The position numbers and the translations under genes are program-made. From contig VRMN01000003.1 of NCBI GenBank assembly GCA_008690995.1, positions 2,108,001 through 2,172,000 on the forward strand: a DNA stretch of 64,000 nt, given 5' to 3'. Each line of letters starts with the position of its first letter. Positions within the stretch are counted from its first letter, which is position 1. The stretch comes from Porphyridium purpureum. Lineage: Eukaryota. This document shows positions 1-9,255 of this stretch, piece by piece. A model generated the notes under the pieces. It had not been told where the DNA came from, did no database searches, and was given only the letters and a program-made list of their open reading frames with translations.

Positions 1-1
1 C

Positions 2-193
2 GAAATATGCGAAGCAGCCATCGAAAAGGTTCCAGATCTTCAGCCGCCGGCCGGCGCGGAGATGCAGTACGGCCCGCCTGCCGAGGCGTGGGAGTCGCGT
101 CGTGTCTTCAGTAACGACTGGACACGTCAGTTTCTGGACGGAATCGAACCGCTCTTTCCCACTTACCGCGACGGCCTGGCGTGGACTGAGTAG
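2..193 (+). CDS. 3' end of NAD(P)-binding epimerase / atypical SDR family protein (partial, runs off window start)
   Basis: Manual translation of frame 2 gives EICEAAIEKVP...RRVFSNDWTRQFLDGIEPLFPTYRDGLAWTE*. This resembles the C-terminal KxxSNxxxxxxLgwxPxyPtyreGL signature of atypical SDRs. Stop TAG at 191-193. Confidence 0.55.
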   Translation, partial: EICEAAIEKVPDLQPPAGAEMQYGPPAEAWESRRVFSNDWTRQFLDGIEPLFPTYRDGLAWTE

Positions 194-270
194 GCAGAAG
201 GATTGAAAATAAAAAGTGCACGGCACAGAACTTCATAAATACAGCGAGCTGCGGCTCTCCGTTTCTATCT

Positions 271-2817
271 TTACATCCCGCTCCAGCGATCGCTAAGCAA
301 GCGAAGCCCGTTGAGGCCAACTAACACTGTGCTTCCTTCGTGTAGGCACACACAGAGCCAGAGCGGCACAGAAAATGCGACTCCGAGGGCACTCGCGAGC
401 ATCATCATACCAAGCGCAAACGTAACATTTTGAACGACAATACGCTGCGCCGCGCGCGCCTTGCGCTGGAACCACACGACATCCTGGATGCGCTGGCGCA
501 TAATCACAACGTCAGCGGCGTGGATTGCGGTCGCCGAGGCGTTTTCGTGTCCGATGGACGCGCCAACAGTAGACGCCGCTAACGCGGGTGCGTCATTAAT
601 GCCATCACCGACGTACAGCACTGAATTCTTTCCGTCGCTGGTATTGAACGACGAAATCAGTTCAAGCTTCTCCTCGGGCTTCTTCTCGGCCCAGACGTCG
701 TCGATCGAGCCGATCCGCTGAGCCAGTCTCAAGGCACTAGCGGCACGGTCGCCCGTGAGCATACCCACGCGCACTCCGGTCGCTTTGAACGCGGCCAGCG
801 CCGCGGCTGCGTCTGGGCGAGGTGCGTCCTGAAACCGGAAAAGAGCGAGCTCACCGAGTGAAGAGTGGTACACTGCGATAGATTCGCCTCGCGATTCGCC
901 CAGCTCTGCGCGCTCGTGCATCCAACGTTTCTGTGCCTCTGTCAGCGAGCCCTGTTCTTCAAGAAAGGTGGTGCGGCCAAAATACACAGCCTCATTTGAC
1001 TCTGCGTGGGTCAGATCCGCTTTGGCGTACAGACCCTGTCCTGATACAAACCCAAAACCGCGCACCGATATGGGCTTCACACCGCGTTGCGCGGCCTCGT
1101 TCAGCACAGCTACCGCAATGGGGTGCACTGTGTTATCCTCGAGTGCCGCCGCCACGCTTAGCATGCGCGGAATATTGGTCGTTGCATCGCTGTGCTCATC
1201 GTAGCAGTCAATGCCCAGTAGCGCCGGTGTGCCGGTTGTCAGCGTGCCGGTCTTGTCGAACACGACTCGCCGGACATTTGCAATGGCCTCCACAGTGCGC
1301 GCGCCGCCTTTGACGAGCACTCCGCGTCGAGCACACGCCGACAGGGTCGACAAGTATGCTACGGGGGCGCCAATGACGAGCGCACAAGGGCTGGCCGTGA
1401 CCAGGAAACCAAGTGCGCGGCTGAGCGAACCAGCGGGGCCAACGTACGGTATGTGAGCACGGAGCACAAAACGTGCAAGCGGCGGGAGCAGCAGCGCAAT
1501 GGCAAGCGAGCAACACACGATGAGCTGCGCGTAGGTTCGGCCGAATCGGTCCAAAAAGCCCTGAAGCTGCGGCCGGTTTTGCTGCGCAGTCGTCACCAGC
1601 TTGATCATGCGGGACACGGTGCTCTCTGCGCCTGTTCGGAGCACCTTCAGAGTCAATGTGCCATCGACGGTCCTCGCGCCCGCCGGGATTTCGCTCCCAC
1701 GCTCCACAGCGCGGGGCTCTGCCTCGCCTGTAATGTGTTCCATGCTAACATAAGGCGCCCCCTCGATAACGATGCCGTCACAAGGCGCCAGCTCACCTGT
1801 GCGGACAAGCAAGAGATCACCTACGCAGACCTGGTCGATTGGCACAAGCTCGTAGCCATCGCCCGGTGCGCCCGGCGTCTTGCGGTACGCAGTGCTCGCA
1901 GACAGCTCCTGGAGCGCATCGAGATCGCCGCGCGCCTTTTCCGTGACGCGCTTCTCTGCTGAGTGCGATAAAGCGTAGAGTGCCATGAGCAGCGCGCCCT
2001 CAAATGCGTTTCCGGCAACGACAGACAGCATTGCGGCCATGGTCATGAGCACGTCCACGTTGATCACCCGCTGCAACAGAGATGCGCATGATTCGAGCAG
2101 CGCGGGAATGCTGGTCACCGCTAGTGACGCGTAAAGAAGTACCTTCCATATCACCGGTGCGCCCACGTGCGCCGTCGCGAGAAGAAAGCCTATAGAAAGC
2201 GCAGCGAACGCAGCGACAGATATTTCCAGCGACTGACGTAGCGCCGCGACGGCGCGAAGCGCATTTCCGAGCGCTCCAGGTGCCTCTATCGGCGGGCTGT
2301 GTCCACAAAGGGTGCTGTCCGAGCATGACGCAGAGGAAGATGCCGTCGCGGACGACGATACCGAGTCGGTGGCTGACGCGGTCAGCGACACGCCGCAAGC
2401 CGCGTGCGAATACGATTGACATGAACGGGTAGGATTGAGCGTGTGAGAATGATTCTGCTGCTGGTGACTATGCGTTGATGAGCTGTCTGGATGATTCATA
2501 CTGAGCCAAGTGTCGACACGTCGCGCACGCGCAGCTTTCATCCTGGGGATTGCAGAAAACCACGCCACTGCAACGGATGTCGGTGTGTGCTTCCCTGCGC
2601 GCGACTTGCGGCGCGAGTACGGCACCGCGCCGCGGCCTATTATCGACGAGGCCTGCGTCCCGAACAGCGACAACGACGTGGTCGACGACGGCACGCTGCG
2701 AGGAGGGCGCTGTGGGCATTTCTCTGCGCTCGCACACACATGCGCGTCCGACTGCTCCAAGAGGCCGCTCTGCTCACAGCGCTCGCACAGCGCGCGCGAG
2801 CCGCGCGAGGCGGCCAT
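271..2817 (-). CDS. HMA1: Heavy-metal P1B-4-type ATPase, HMA1-like, probably plastid envelope
   Basis: TGE actuator motif, SPC intramembrane motif (TASPCAL), DKTGT phosphorylation site, HP, GDGINDAPAL and HEGST; Ser-rich and His-rich N-terminal extension. Confidence 0.92.
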   Translation of the reverse strand: MAASRGSRALCERCEQSGLLEQSDAHVCASAEKCPQRPPRSVPSSTTSLSLFGTQASSIIGRGAVPYSRRKSRAGKHTPTSVAVAWFSAIPRMKAARARRVDTWLSMNHPDSSSTHSHQQQNHSHTLNPTRSCQSYSHAACGVSLTASATDSVSSSATASSSASCSDSTLCGHSPPIEAPGALGNALRAVAALRQSLEISVAAFAALSIGFLLATAHVGAPVIWKVLLYASLAVTSIPALLESCASLLQRVINVDVLMTMAAMLSVVAGNAFEGALLMALYALSHSAEKRVTEKARGDLDALQELSASTAYRKTPGAPGDGYELVPIDQVCVGDLLLVRTGELAPCDGIVIEGAPYVSMEHITGEAEPRAVERGSEIPAGARTVDGTLTLKVLRTGAESTVSRMIKLVTTAQQNRPQLQGFLDRFGRTYAQLIVCCSLAIALLLPPLARFVLRAHIPYVGPAGSLSRALGFLVTASPCALVIGAPVAYLSTLSACARRGVLVKGGARTVEAIANVRRVVFDKTGTLTTGTPALLGIDCYDEHSDATTNIPRMLSVAAALEDNTVHPIAVAVLNEAAQRGVKPISVRGFGFVSGQGLYAKADLTHAESNEAVYFGRTTFLEEQGSLTEAQKRWMHERAELGESRGESIAVYHSSLGELALFRFQDAPRPDAAAALAAFKATGVRVGMLTGDRAASALRLAQRIGSIDDVWAEKKPEEKLELISSFNTSDGKNSVLYVGDGINDAPALAASTVGASIGHENASATAIHAADVVIMRQRIQDVVWFQRKARAAQRIVVQNVTFALGMMMLASALGVAFSVPLWLCVCLHEGSTVLVGLNGLRLLSDRWSGM

Positions 2818-4279
2818 TCTCAGCGTCCGCCTTGGGATCCTGCCGTTGCCGCGCGCCGCCGCCAGAGCTCCACAACGGCCGATTGGCGCGGCGCTGCCGC
2901 GGCAGCAGAGACACGGTCGGCCCGGGCACGCGCTGCTCGCGCGAGTCGCTCAGGCGCCATGCTGCCTGCCGCCAACACGCCGCGGTCGGCTCGTCCTGCC
3001 GCCGATCCTCACAGCTCCCACCCGCCTGCCGCGCCGCCGACCGCACCCGCCCACTCACGCCCACCCCACCACCACCCGCAAGCCTGTTCCTTCCCCTGTC
3101 CCCTTCCCCGTCTGCAATTTCTCCTCTTCTCTCCTCGTCACGTTCTCAATAAGCGTGCGTTGCGTTTGTCATCACCTCTTCACACACCGCGTCTCACTAC
3201 CACCACCACTTGATCACGTTCCCACTACCAGACACAATCCCCACCTACCCCCCACCTACCCACCACCCGCTCATCGTCATCATCGCCACCACTAAGAGCA
3301 GCAAGAATGCGCGTGGAAACTAGCCAGCGCGGTGATGAAGCGAGTGTTTGCGTGTGCGCGATAGACACAGCCGCTCCACACCGAACACACAGAACACACA
3401 GAACACACGCGTGGCTGGCTGACGCTCGATCAACCAACCATCCCCTCCTATTCCCCCTTCTATAAGACGCGCGTGTGTTTAGGTATGAAAGTGGGCAGGG
3501 GTGGGGTGGGGTGGAGTGGCATCGACGGTGGTAATGAAGGGTGAATGCGGAGGTCGACATGGATGAGTGGCGTGCATAAGTACAGTTGGGTGTACACTAT
3601 GATGATGGACCACGAGGGTTACGGAAAGCAGAGCAGACACGCGGTGGTTGGAAAGGGAAGGTACAGTGCGGTTGTCGTGGGGGTTCGGTGATGTGTGGGG
3701 AGGTGGGGGCGTGGCGGTTGGGGGGGTGTCTTTCGCGGTGGTGAAATGATGCGGGAACCCTCGTTTGGATAGCAAGCGGTGTGTGGGAAAGGGGAAGAAG
3801 GCGCGTGTGTGTGGGTGCGTGGGTATGTGTTCTGGGGAAAGGCGTGGGTGTGGTGGGGGGTTTGGCATGTGCATGGTGTCGGGGGGTTGGCGTGTGTGGT
3901 GCGTGGGCGGGTAGGTAGGTGGGGAGCTGGTAGGCAGGTCGATGTTGGTGCGCTGCAGAGCATAGTTTGGGTCGCGGCGTCGGGGTTGACTGCAAGGCGC
4001 ACGCACGCGCCGTTGCGCTGCAATCGGGTCGGATCGGATCGCGATCCGCGCGAACGGACGCGGCGTCGGACGGGCGCTCCGTGCGCGCCGTGTGTGTGTG
4101 TACGCGGCTGTACTTGTCCGCACGGAAGGGCAGACACAGAGAAGACGCGAGGTTGGAAGGGGACAGGACGGGTGCGTGCAGCACGCGCATTTGGCTGTGG
4201 AATAGGGGAGGCGCCGGCGTCAGGTGGCCCACACGTGCAGACGCTCCCGCGGGATCGGATTGCGCCAGATTGATGATTC

Positions 4280-7200
4280 ATGGTGCTCGCGCAGCCCGTC
4301 CCATCGACACCAATGAGCTCCTGGTCTCGGCTCCTGCCATGGGCGCGCAAAGCCGGCAGCACCGACGCCGCTCAGCTGCCACAGGCCCAGCAGAAAGGCG
4401 GCGCCGAACAGGACGTCCGCCTCGAGCGGGGTCAAGATGACACCGATGGCTGGGAGGCAAGCGACCACCTGGAGGATGACGAGGTGCTCACGCAGTACAG
4501 CAGCGAGCTCAGCTTTGCGGAGCTCATACAGCGCCACGAGGACTGGGTTGACGAGTTGGACCACGCGGACACGCCAATGACCCCCGCACAGGCATCGGCG
4601 CTCGACGCACTGCGTGCGTTCACGCAGTTCCAGTCAAGCGCCCAAAATATTCTTCGCAAGCGTAAGACCGTGCGGCGTCTGCATTTGGACGCCTTGCTTG
4701 GCCACGAACCTGCCGAACCTGAGCCAGAGTCCGAGCCGAGTGATATCGCCAAGCGCGTAGTGTTTGGCAAACTGCCTCGGTACACCATCCAGGCGCCGCG
4801 CGCGCAGGTTTCTATTCAGGAGGACGCCAGCGTACTGGACGACGCGCTGCTCAGATTGGAGCACTTGTTCGCCCTTGTCGCGCCTGGCATGGTGTCACAC
4901 ACCGAGCTGCTTCGGCTGAGCAGGTTATTGGTGCACCCCGGTGAGGAAGCGGAACACGACGACGCTGCCGAAGCCACGGAAAATGGACACGAACAATCTG
5001 CTGAACGCGGTGGCGCAGCCAAAGGCATGGTATCTTCAGAAAGAGAAACTAGCGACGACGAGAATGATCCACATGCGATTCTCGAGCAGGAGCGCACCGA
5101 GCTCACGCGTGAGTGGCGCTGCATCGACCGCGACATGCACATGAGTCAGATGCTCGCGTCATGGACCCAGGCGCGCTTGTCGCGACGCGCCTGCGTCGAG
5201 GCGTACCGCCTGTTGACAGATGCCGTTGTAAAAGCGACGGCGGAGCTCATCCACGCCAAGCACGTTGCCGCGCACGGGCGGGCCCCTGCGGCGGCGGCGG
5301 CGCCACGCTCCGCCGCAAATCGTATGGTTCGCACGAACCCAGCGCCCCAGCAGCAAGCCGTCAAGCGGCTGAAAGTTTGGCCAAACGCACTCGAAGCGAG
5401 ACGCGCAGTGCTGCACGCGGCGCTGGCGGCAAAGTATGGCTCGATTGAGCAGGTACCCTCTGCCGTGATGATGGCAGGCGCGCCAGTGGTGCTCTTTGTC
5501 CGTGACGCATGCTGCGGCACAAGCCAGGGCCATTTCGGCGACAGCGTCGTGAGCGCGGAAAAATGCCTCCTCGAGTTTGTGGACTATGAGCCAGCCCAGT
5601 TTTTGGCGGGCGTGCAGAGCGAACGCGAGGTGGCCAGCGCAGATCTTTTGCTGTGGCAGTGGCAGTCGGTGTGCCTAGGCGCCGCTCTGGTCAAGGTCGT
5701 GGACGTGGCAAAGGCCGAGCAGGTGCGTCTGCTCATCGGTACGATTGTGAAAAATGAGGTTCTGGAGGCAGGCTTTGCGCCAGTACTTATCGTTCTGCAT
5801 GCACCAGCCCACTCGCAGCTGCTCCAACCAGCCGCGCTTGACGCTTTAGCTGCCCTCGGCACCGCGTTGCGGGTGCGCTTGCACATTGAGTCAGACTGCG
5901 TGCCGCTACTGGCTCACGGCGAGGTGCCACGAAATGTTCAGCAGGTCTGCGATACGGCTCACTCGCTCATCTTGGAGCCAAGCAAGTGGTTTGGATTCGA
6001 AGCTCCGTGCGCTTCGTTAACATACATGCAACCGGAGCGATGGAACGCTGATGTAGATGACGAAGATGTTGACAGTGGCGATGAAGATGACAATAGCATC
6101 GAGGAAGAGGCCTCGATGGGAGAGCCGGGGCTGGGAGACGACCGCGAAGGAATGCGTGATGGCAGTGGGAGTGATCACGAGGGTGACAGCGATGAAGGAT
6201 CGGAACGGAACATGGTATCGCGAAAGGCAAAGTCTAGTCGTGCACGGAAGCGACCGCTGGGGACTTTTCGTACGGAGGGCGAGTTGGCGATCACAACGGT
6301 GCTTCAGGAAGGCTCGCTACACGCGGTGGTGGCGCTGTGGCTCCTGATGACACGACTCGGAACCCTCCGAATGCGCAAGTTGGTGGAGGATTGCGTGGTA
6401 GCGACGTCGCGCGTGCTAGAGCACCTGTATCTCTCTCCTAGTCTCGAAGTGCGCGTTGCCGGCTGTGGTGCTCTCCTCATTTCGCACCGCATGAGTCAGG
6501 TGGATAAGGCCATGCGAAAGTACAAAGCGCGCGACCGCCTTGCATGGGTAAATCGCGCTTTGTTGCGCTTGTGCACCGCGCAAGACGCGGCAAGGTACCT
6601 GTGCCTGGGTCTGCTCACCCAAGGCGTGCCGTCATCATCTGCTGCTTCCGGCAGTGACAGCAGCACGTCTTTGCCTTCCGGCGACGAGCAGCTGATTCTT
6701 TTTTCGGTTCCGCGCATCTTGGCGCTGAACAAGCTGAGCGTGCCAGAGCAAACAGACGCCGAGCGATTCGGAGACTTGCTGTCCTCGCTTTCTCGAGATT
6801 ATGAAATTGCTCTTGTGAGCGGGCAGGCATTCTCACGCAAGATGCTTCGCGCGCGTACCGACCTGCATCTACTGGACGCCCAGCTCGCAAAAAGCATCAA
6901 CGCTGTCGTGTCATTTGCAGTCTTACGTCTTGTGCCAGAAGAACTGGAATCCGAGCAGGGCGAAGGCGATGAAGGCAATGACATCACTTTTGGCAGGGAG
7001 CACGGCGAAGAGCCGGAGTTTGATCGCGCATCAGAATTGGTGGATGTGCAATTAGTTTTTGGCGATGTCATTGAGCGAGTACTTGCAGAGCGGAAGGAAG
7101 AGGAGCTTGCACGGAACCGGAGTGCATCAGATGGCGAAGGTTGGTTTGACGTAGAAGTAGATGAGGCCGCGCAATGCGTCTTGCTGTACGCGAGCGCAGG

Positions 7201-8980
7201 CACGGAGAGCGTTCACGCGGTTCGAATGGCAGAAATGGCTGCGAAGATCGTGGCCACGGCTTGTGAGCAGGCAACAAGCGAGTGGCGAACACAGCGCCTT
7301 CAGCAGGATCATGAGGATGAAGAACTGTACGAGAATGACCAAGAGGAGGAGGAAGACCCCGTAGCAGAGGCAGCCATCTTGTCGGAAAAAAGCCGACAGG
7401 TTAAGATTTTGATGCAGCGCGGAGTAGCGCCCACGGTTGTGTCTAAACCGGTTGGCACCGGGAGTGCCTTGGCATCTACGGTGCACGACAGCAAAGCGGA
7501 GGAAGAAGAAGAGGAGGAAGAAGAGGAGGCCGTTGACGACGAGTCGGAAGAGGATGAGGAGGAGGAGGAGGAAGAGAGAGTTGAGAGTGCTGCTGTGAGT
7601 GTGAGAGCGGAGGGCCGAGAGATGCGCGAAATGGCAGGCGAAAAAGGTGAGGTAACTGACCTGCCTTTTGCCGCGAGGGGATCAATCGAAGGCAATGACA
7701 ACGAGGAGCCGGTGGACGGGCAGTACGTGAGCACGGAGCCGGCACCTTCTAGAAAAGGCAAGAAAAGTTCGTCAAGAGGTAAGTCTGGCTCTGGTTCGTC
7801 GTCGAAGAAGTCGACCAGGCGCTCGAAACACAAAGAATCCTCTGAGGACGAGGAGGACTCATCAGGCGACGACGGGGGAGAGGACGAAGATGATAGCCAT
7901 GATGACGATCACGACGATGACGATGACGTTAGCGACGAAGATGAAGATGAAGAAGAAGAGGATGACGAGGATGAGGAGAGTTCGACAGAGTCTGAGAGCA
8001 AAAGTCATTCTGAATCAGAGGAAGAGCAAAAGCCATCGAAGAAGTCAAAAGGCAAGTCAGCAGAGGCGTTGGAAACCAAGAACAAGTCCAAGTCAGACCG
8101 GTCAGCCGCTGCCTCGAAGAAGCCAGAAACCGGTGGTAGAGGCAGTGCGCGGCGGACACTGGCATCACCTTCAGATCGCAGAGAGGCTTCTTCAAAAGGT
8201 CCTACAAGTGGTGGTAGATCCAGCTCTGGTGGCGCGCCGGCGGATAATACAGTTGCCGCAACGGCCGGGCTCTTTGGGATGTTGTGGGGAGGTACAGACT
8301 CATCAGCAAAGAACCCTGCTGTCGCGGACAAAGTGCGGAACAAGGACAGAAGTGCGAGTTCTGCAGCCCGTGCGTCGAAAAAGGGCGGCGAGAGCTCTTC
8401 GCTCGAGGAATCATCGTCGAGCGTGAGCGAGGAGGAGCAGAAGCCCCGCGGGAAAGGGTCTTCCGCATCAGCGGCGAGGGGCTTGAAGCACTCCAAAAAG
8501 GATGAGAAGAAGCGTCGTGACTCGGTGACCACGACGCCATCAGGTTCCAGTGAAGACGAGGACCAGGATGCGTCGGGAGCATCCGACAGCGGTGACTCTG
8601 CCTCGGCATCTGAAGCTGAATCTGGGTCCGAATCGTCCGTTTCGGAAAAGGAGGCTCCACGTCGTGTGCCAGCAAATCGCAAAGGCGGGAGTGCTCGCCC
8701 TGCGGCCACGCGCAGTAAGGCATTGGACGCAGGAGCAAAGAAAAAGACAAAGGCGCACGTTGCGCCGTCGGAGTCAGAGTCAGAGAGCGATTCTGAATCA
8801 GAGGGTGACGGATCCAGCTTCGACGGGAGCAGTGAAGACGAAGAGGAGACGCGGTCACCGCCGGTCGCGAAGTCAAAGTCAAAGTCGTCATCCAAGCCGG
8901 CGGTGGAATCACGAAGCAGTAAGAAAGTCGCAGCAGTGCCCAGCGCATCTTCACGCAAGAGCAGCGGCAAACGCCGCTAG
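4280..8980 (+). CDS. 1566-aa protein with divergent group II PLP-dependent decarboxylase-like (PDXDC1-like) fold and long acidic/Ser/Lys-rich disordered C-terminus
   Basis: Uninterrupted 4.7-kb ORF. GTSQG, LHIESD, AHSLILEPSKWFG and LWLLMTRLG occur in the order of the GTT, LHVDAA, ADSxxxNPHKW and LWxxLxxxG motifs of group II decarboxylases. The CDS is solid; the product call is tentative. Confidence 0.7.
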   Translation: MVLAQPVPSTPMSSWSRLLPWARKAGSTDAAQLPQAQQKGGAEQDVRLERGQDDTDGWEASDHLEDDEVLTQYSSELSFAELIQRHEDWVDELDHADTPMTPAQASALDALRAFTQFQSSAQNILRKRKTVRRLHLDALLGHEPAEPEPESEPSDIAKRVVFGKLPRYTIQAPRAQVSIQEDASVLDDALLRLEHLFALVAPGMVSHTELLRLSRLLVHPGEEAEHDDAAEATENGHEQSAERGGAAKGMVSSERETSDDENDPHAILEQERTELTREWRCIDRDMHMSQMLASWTQARLSRRACVEAYRLLTDAVVKATAELIHAKHVAAHGRAPAAAAAPRSAANRMVRTNPAPQQQAVKRLKVWPNALEARRAVLHAALAAKYGSIEQVPSAVMMAGAPVVLFVRDACCGTSQGHFGDSVVSAEKCLLEFVDYEPAQFLAGVQSEREVASADLLLWQWQSVCLGAALVKVVDVAKAEQVRLLIGTIVKNEVLEAGFAPVLIVLHAPAHSQLLQPAALDALAALGTALRVRLHIESDCVPLLAHGEVPRNVQQVCDTAHSLILEPSKWFGFEAPCASLTYMQPERWNADVDDEDVDSGDEDDNSIEEEASMGEPGLGDDREGMRDGSGSDHEGDSDEGSERNMVSRKAKSSRARKRPLGTFRTEGELAITTVLQEGSLHAVVALWLLMTRLGTLRMRKLVEDCVVATSRVLEHLYLSPSLEVRVAGCGALLISHRMSQVDKAMRKYKARDRLAWVNRALLRLCTAQDAARYLCLGLLTQGVPSSSAASGSDSSTSLPSGDEQLILFSVPRILALNKLSVPEQTDAERFGDLLSSLSRDYEIALVSGQAFSRKMLRARTDLHLLDAQLAKSINAVVSFAVLRLVPEELESEQGEGDEGNDITFGREHGEEPEFDRASELVDVQLVFGDVIERVLAERKEEELARNRSASDGEGWFDVEVDEAAQCVLLYASAGTESVHAVRMAEMAAKIVATACEQATSEWRTQRLQQDHEDEELYENDQEEEEDPVAEAAILSEKSRQVKILMQRGVAPTVVSKPVGTGSALASTVHDSKAEEEEEEEEEEAVDDESEEDEEEEEEERVESAAVSVRAEGREMREMAGEKGEVTDLPFAARGSIEGNDNEEPVDGQYVSTEPAPSRKGKKSSSRGKSGSGSSSKKSTRRSKHKESSEDEEDSSGDDGGEDEDDSHDDDHDDDDDVSDEDEDEEEEDDEDEESSTESESKSHSESEEEQKPSKKSKGKSAEALETKNKSKSDRSAAASKKPETGGRGSARRTLASPSDRREASSKGPTSGGRSSSGGAPADNTVAATAGLFGMLWGGTDSSAKNPAVADKVRNKDRSASSAARASKKGGESSSLEESSSSVSEEEQKPRGKGSSASAARGLKHSKKDEKKRRDSVTTTPSGSSEDEDQDASGASDSGDSASASEAESGSESSVSEKEAPRRVPANRKGGSARPAATRSKALDAGAKKKTKAHVAPSESESESDSESEGDGSSFDGSSEDEEETRSPPVAKSKSKSSSKPAVESRSSKKVAAVPSASSRKSSGKRR

Positions 8981-9255
8981 CCGGAGTGCGGTCCGTTTTG
9001 TCTCGTGGAGCGCAGTTCTAGTAGGAGTACAATACATCGCGTAGCGTTTTTTGGTCCTCACTGTACCCCGCTGTTCTGAACGACTTCCGCCCAAAGAGCC
9101 CGCTCGCGTGTCGTGGCGTCTTCCACGTGTGCAGACGACTTCACGCTGTGTGTTAGGTGTCGAACATTTCGGCGGCAGCGCGCGCCGGTCTGACGTCTCG
9201 CAGCTGAAGAGCGCGCACACACGCGCGCCCTCTCTCCTTCTCTATCTTGTGCAGC

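Noticed and set aside
2491..4440. Several Pro/His/Thr-rich or Gly/Val/Trp-rich ORFs
   Set aside because: Translations of C/A-rich and G/T-rich low-complexity intergenic DNA.
8005..8970. 321-aa and 250-aa minus-strand ORFs
   Set aside because: Shadows of the low-complexity tail of the 1566-aa gene.
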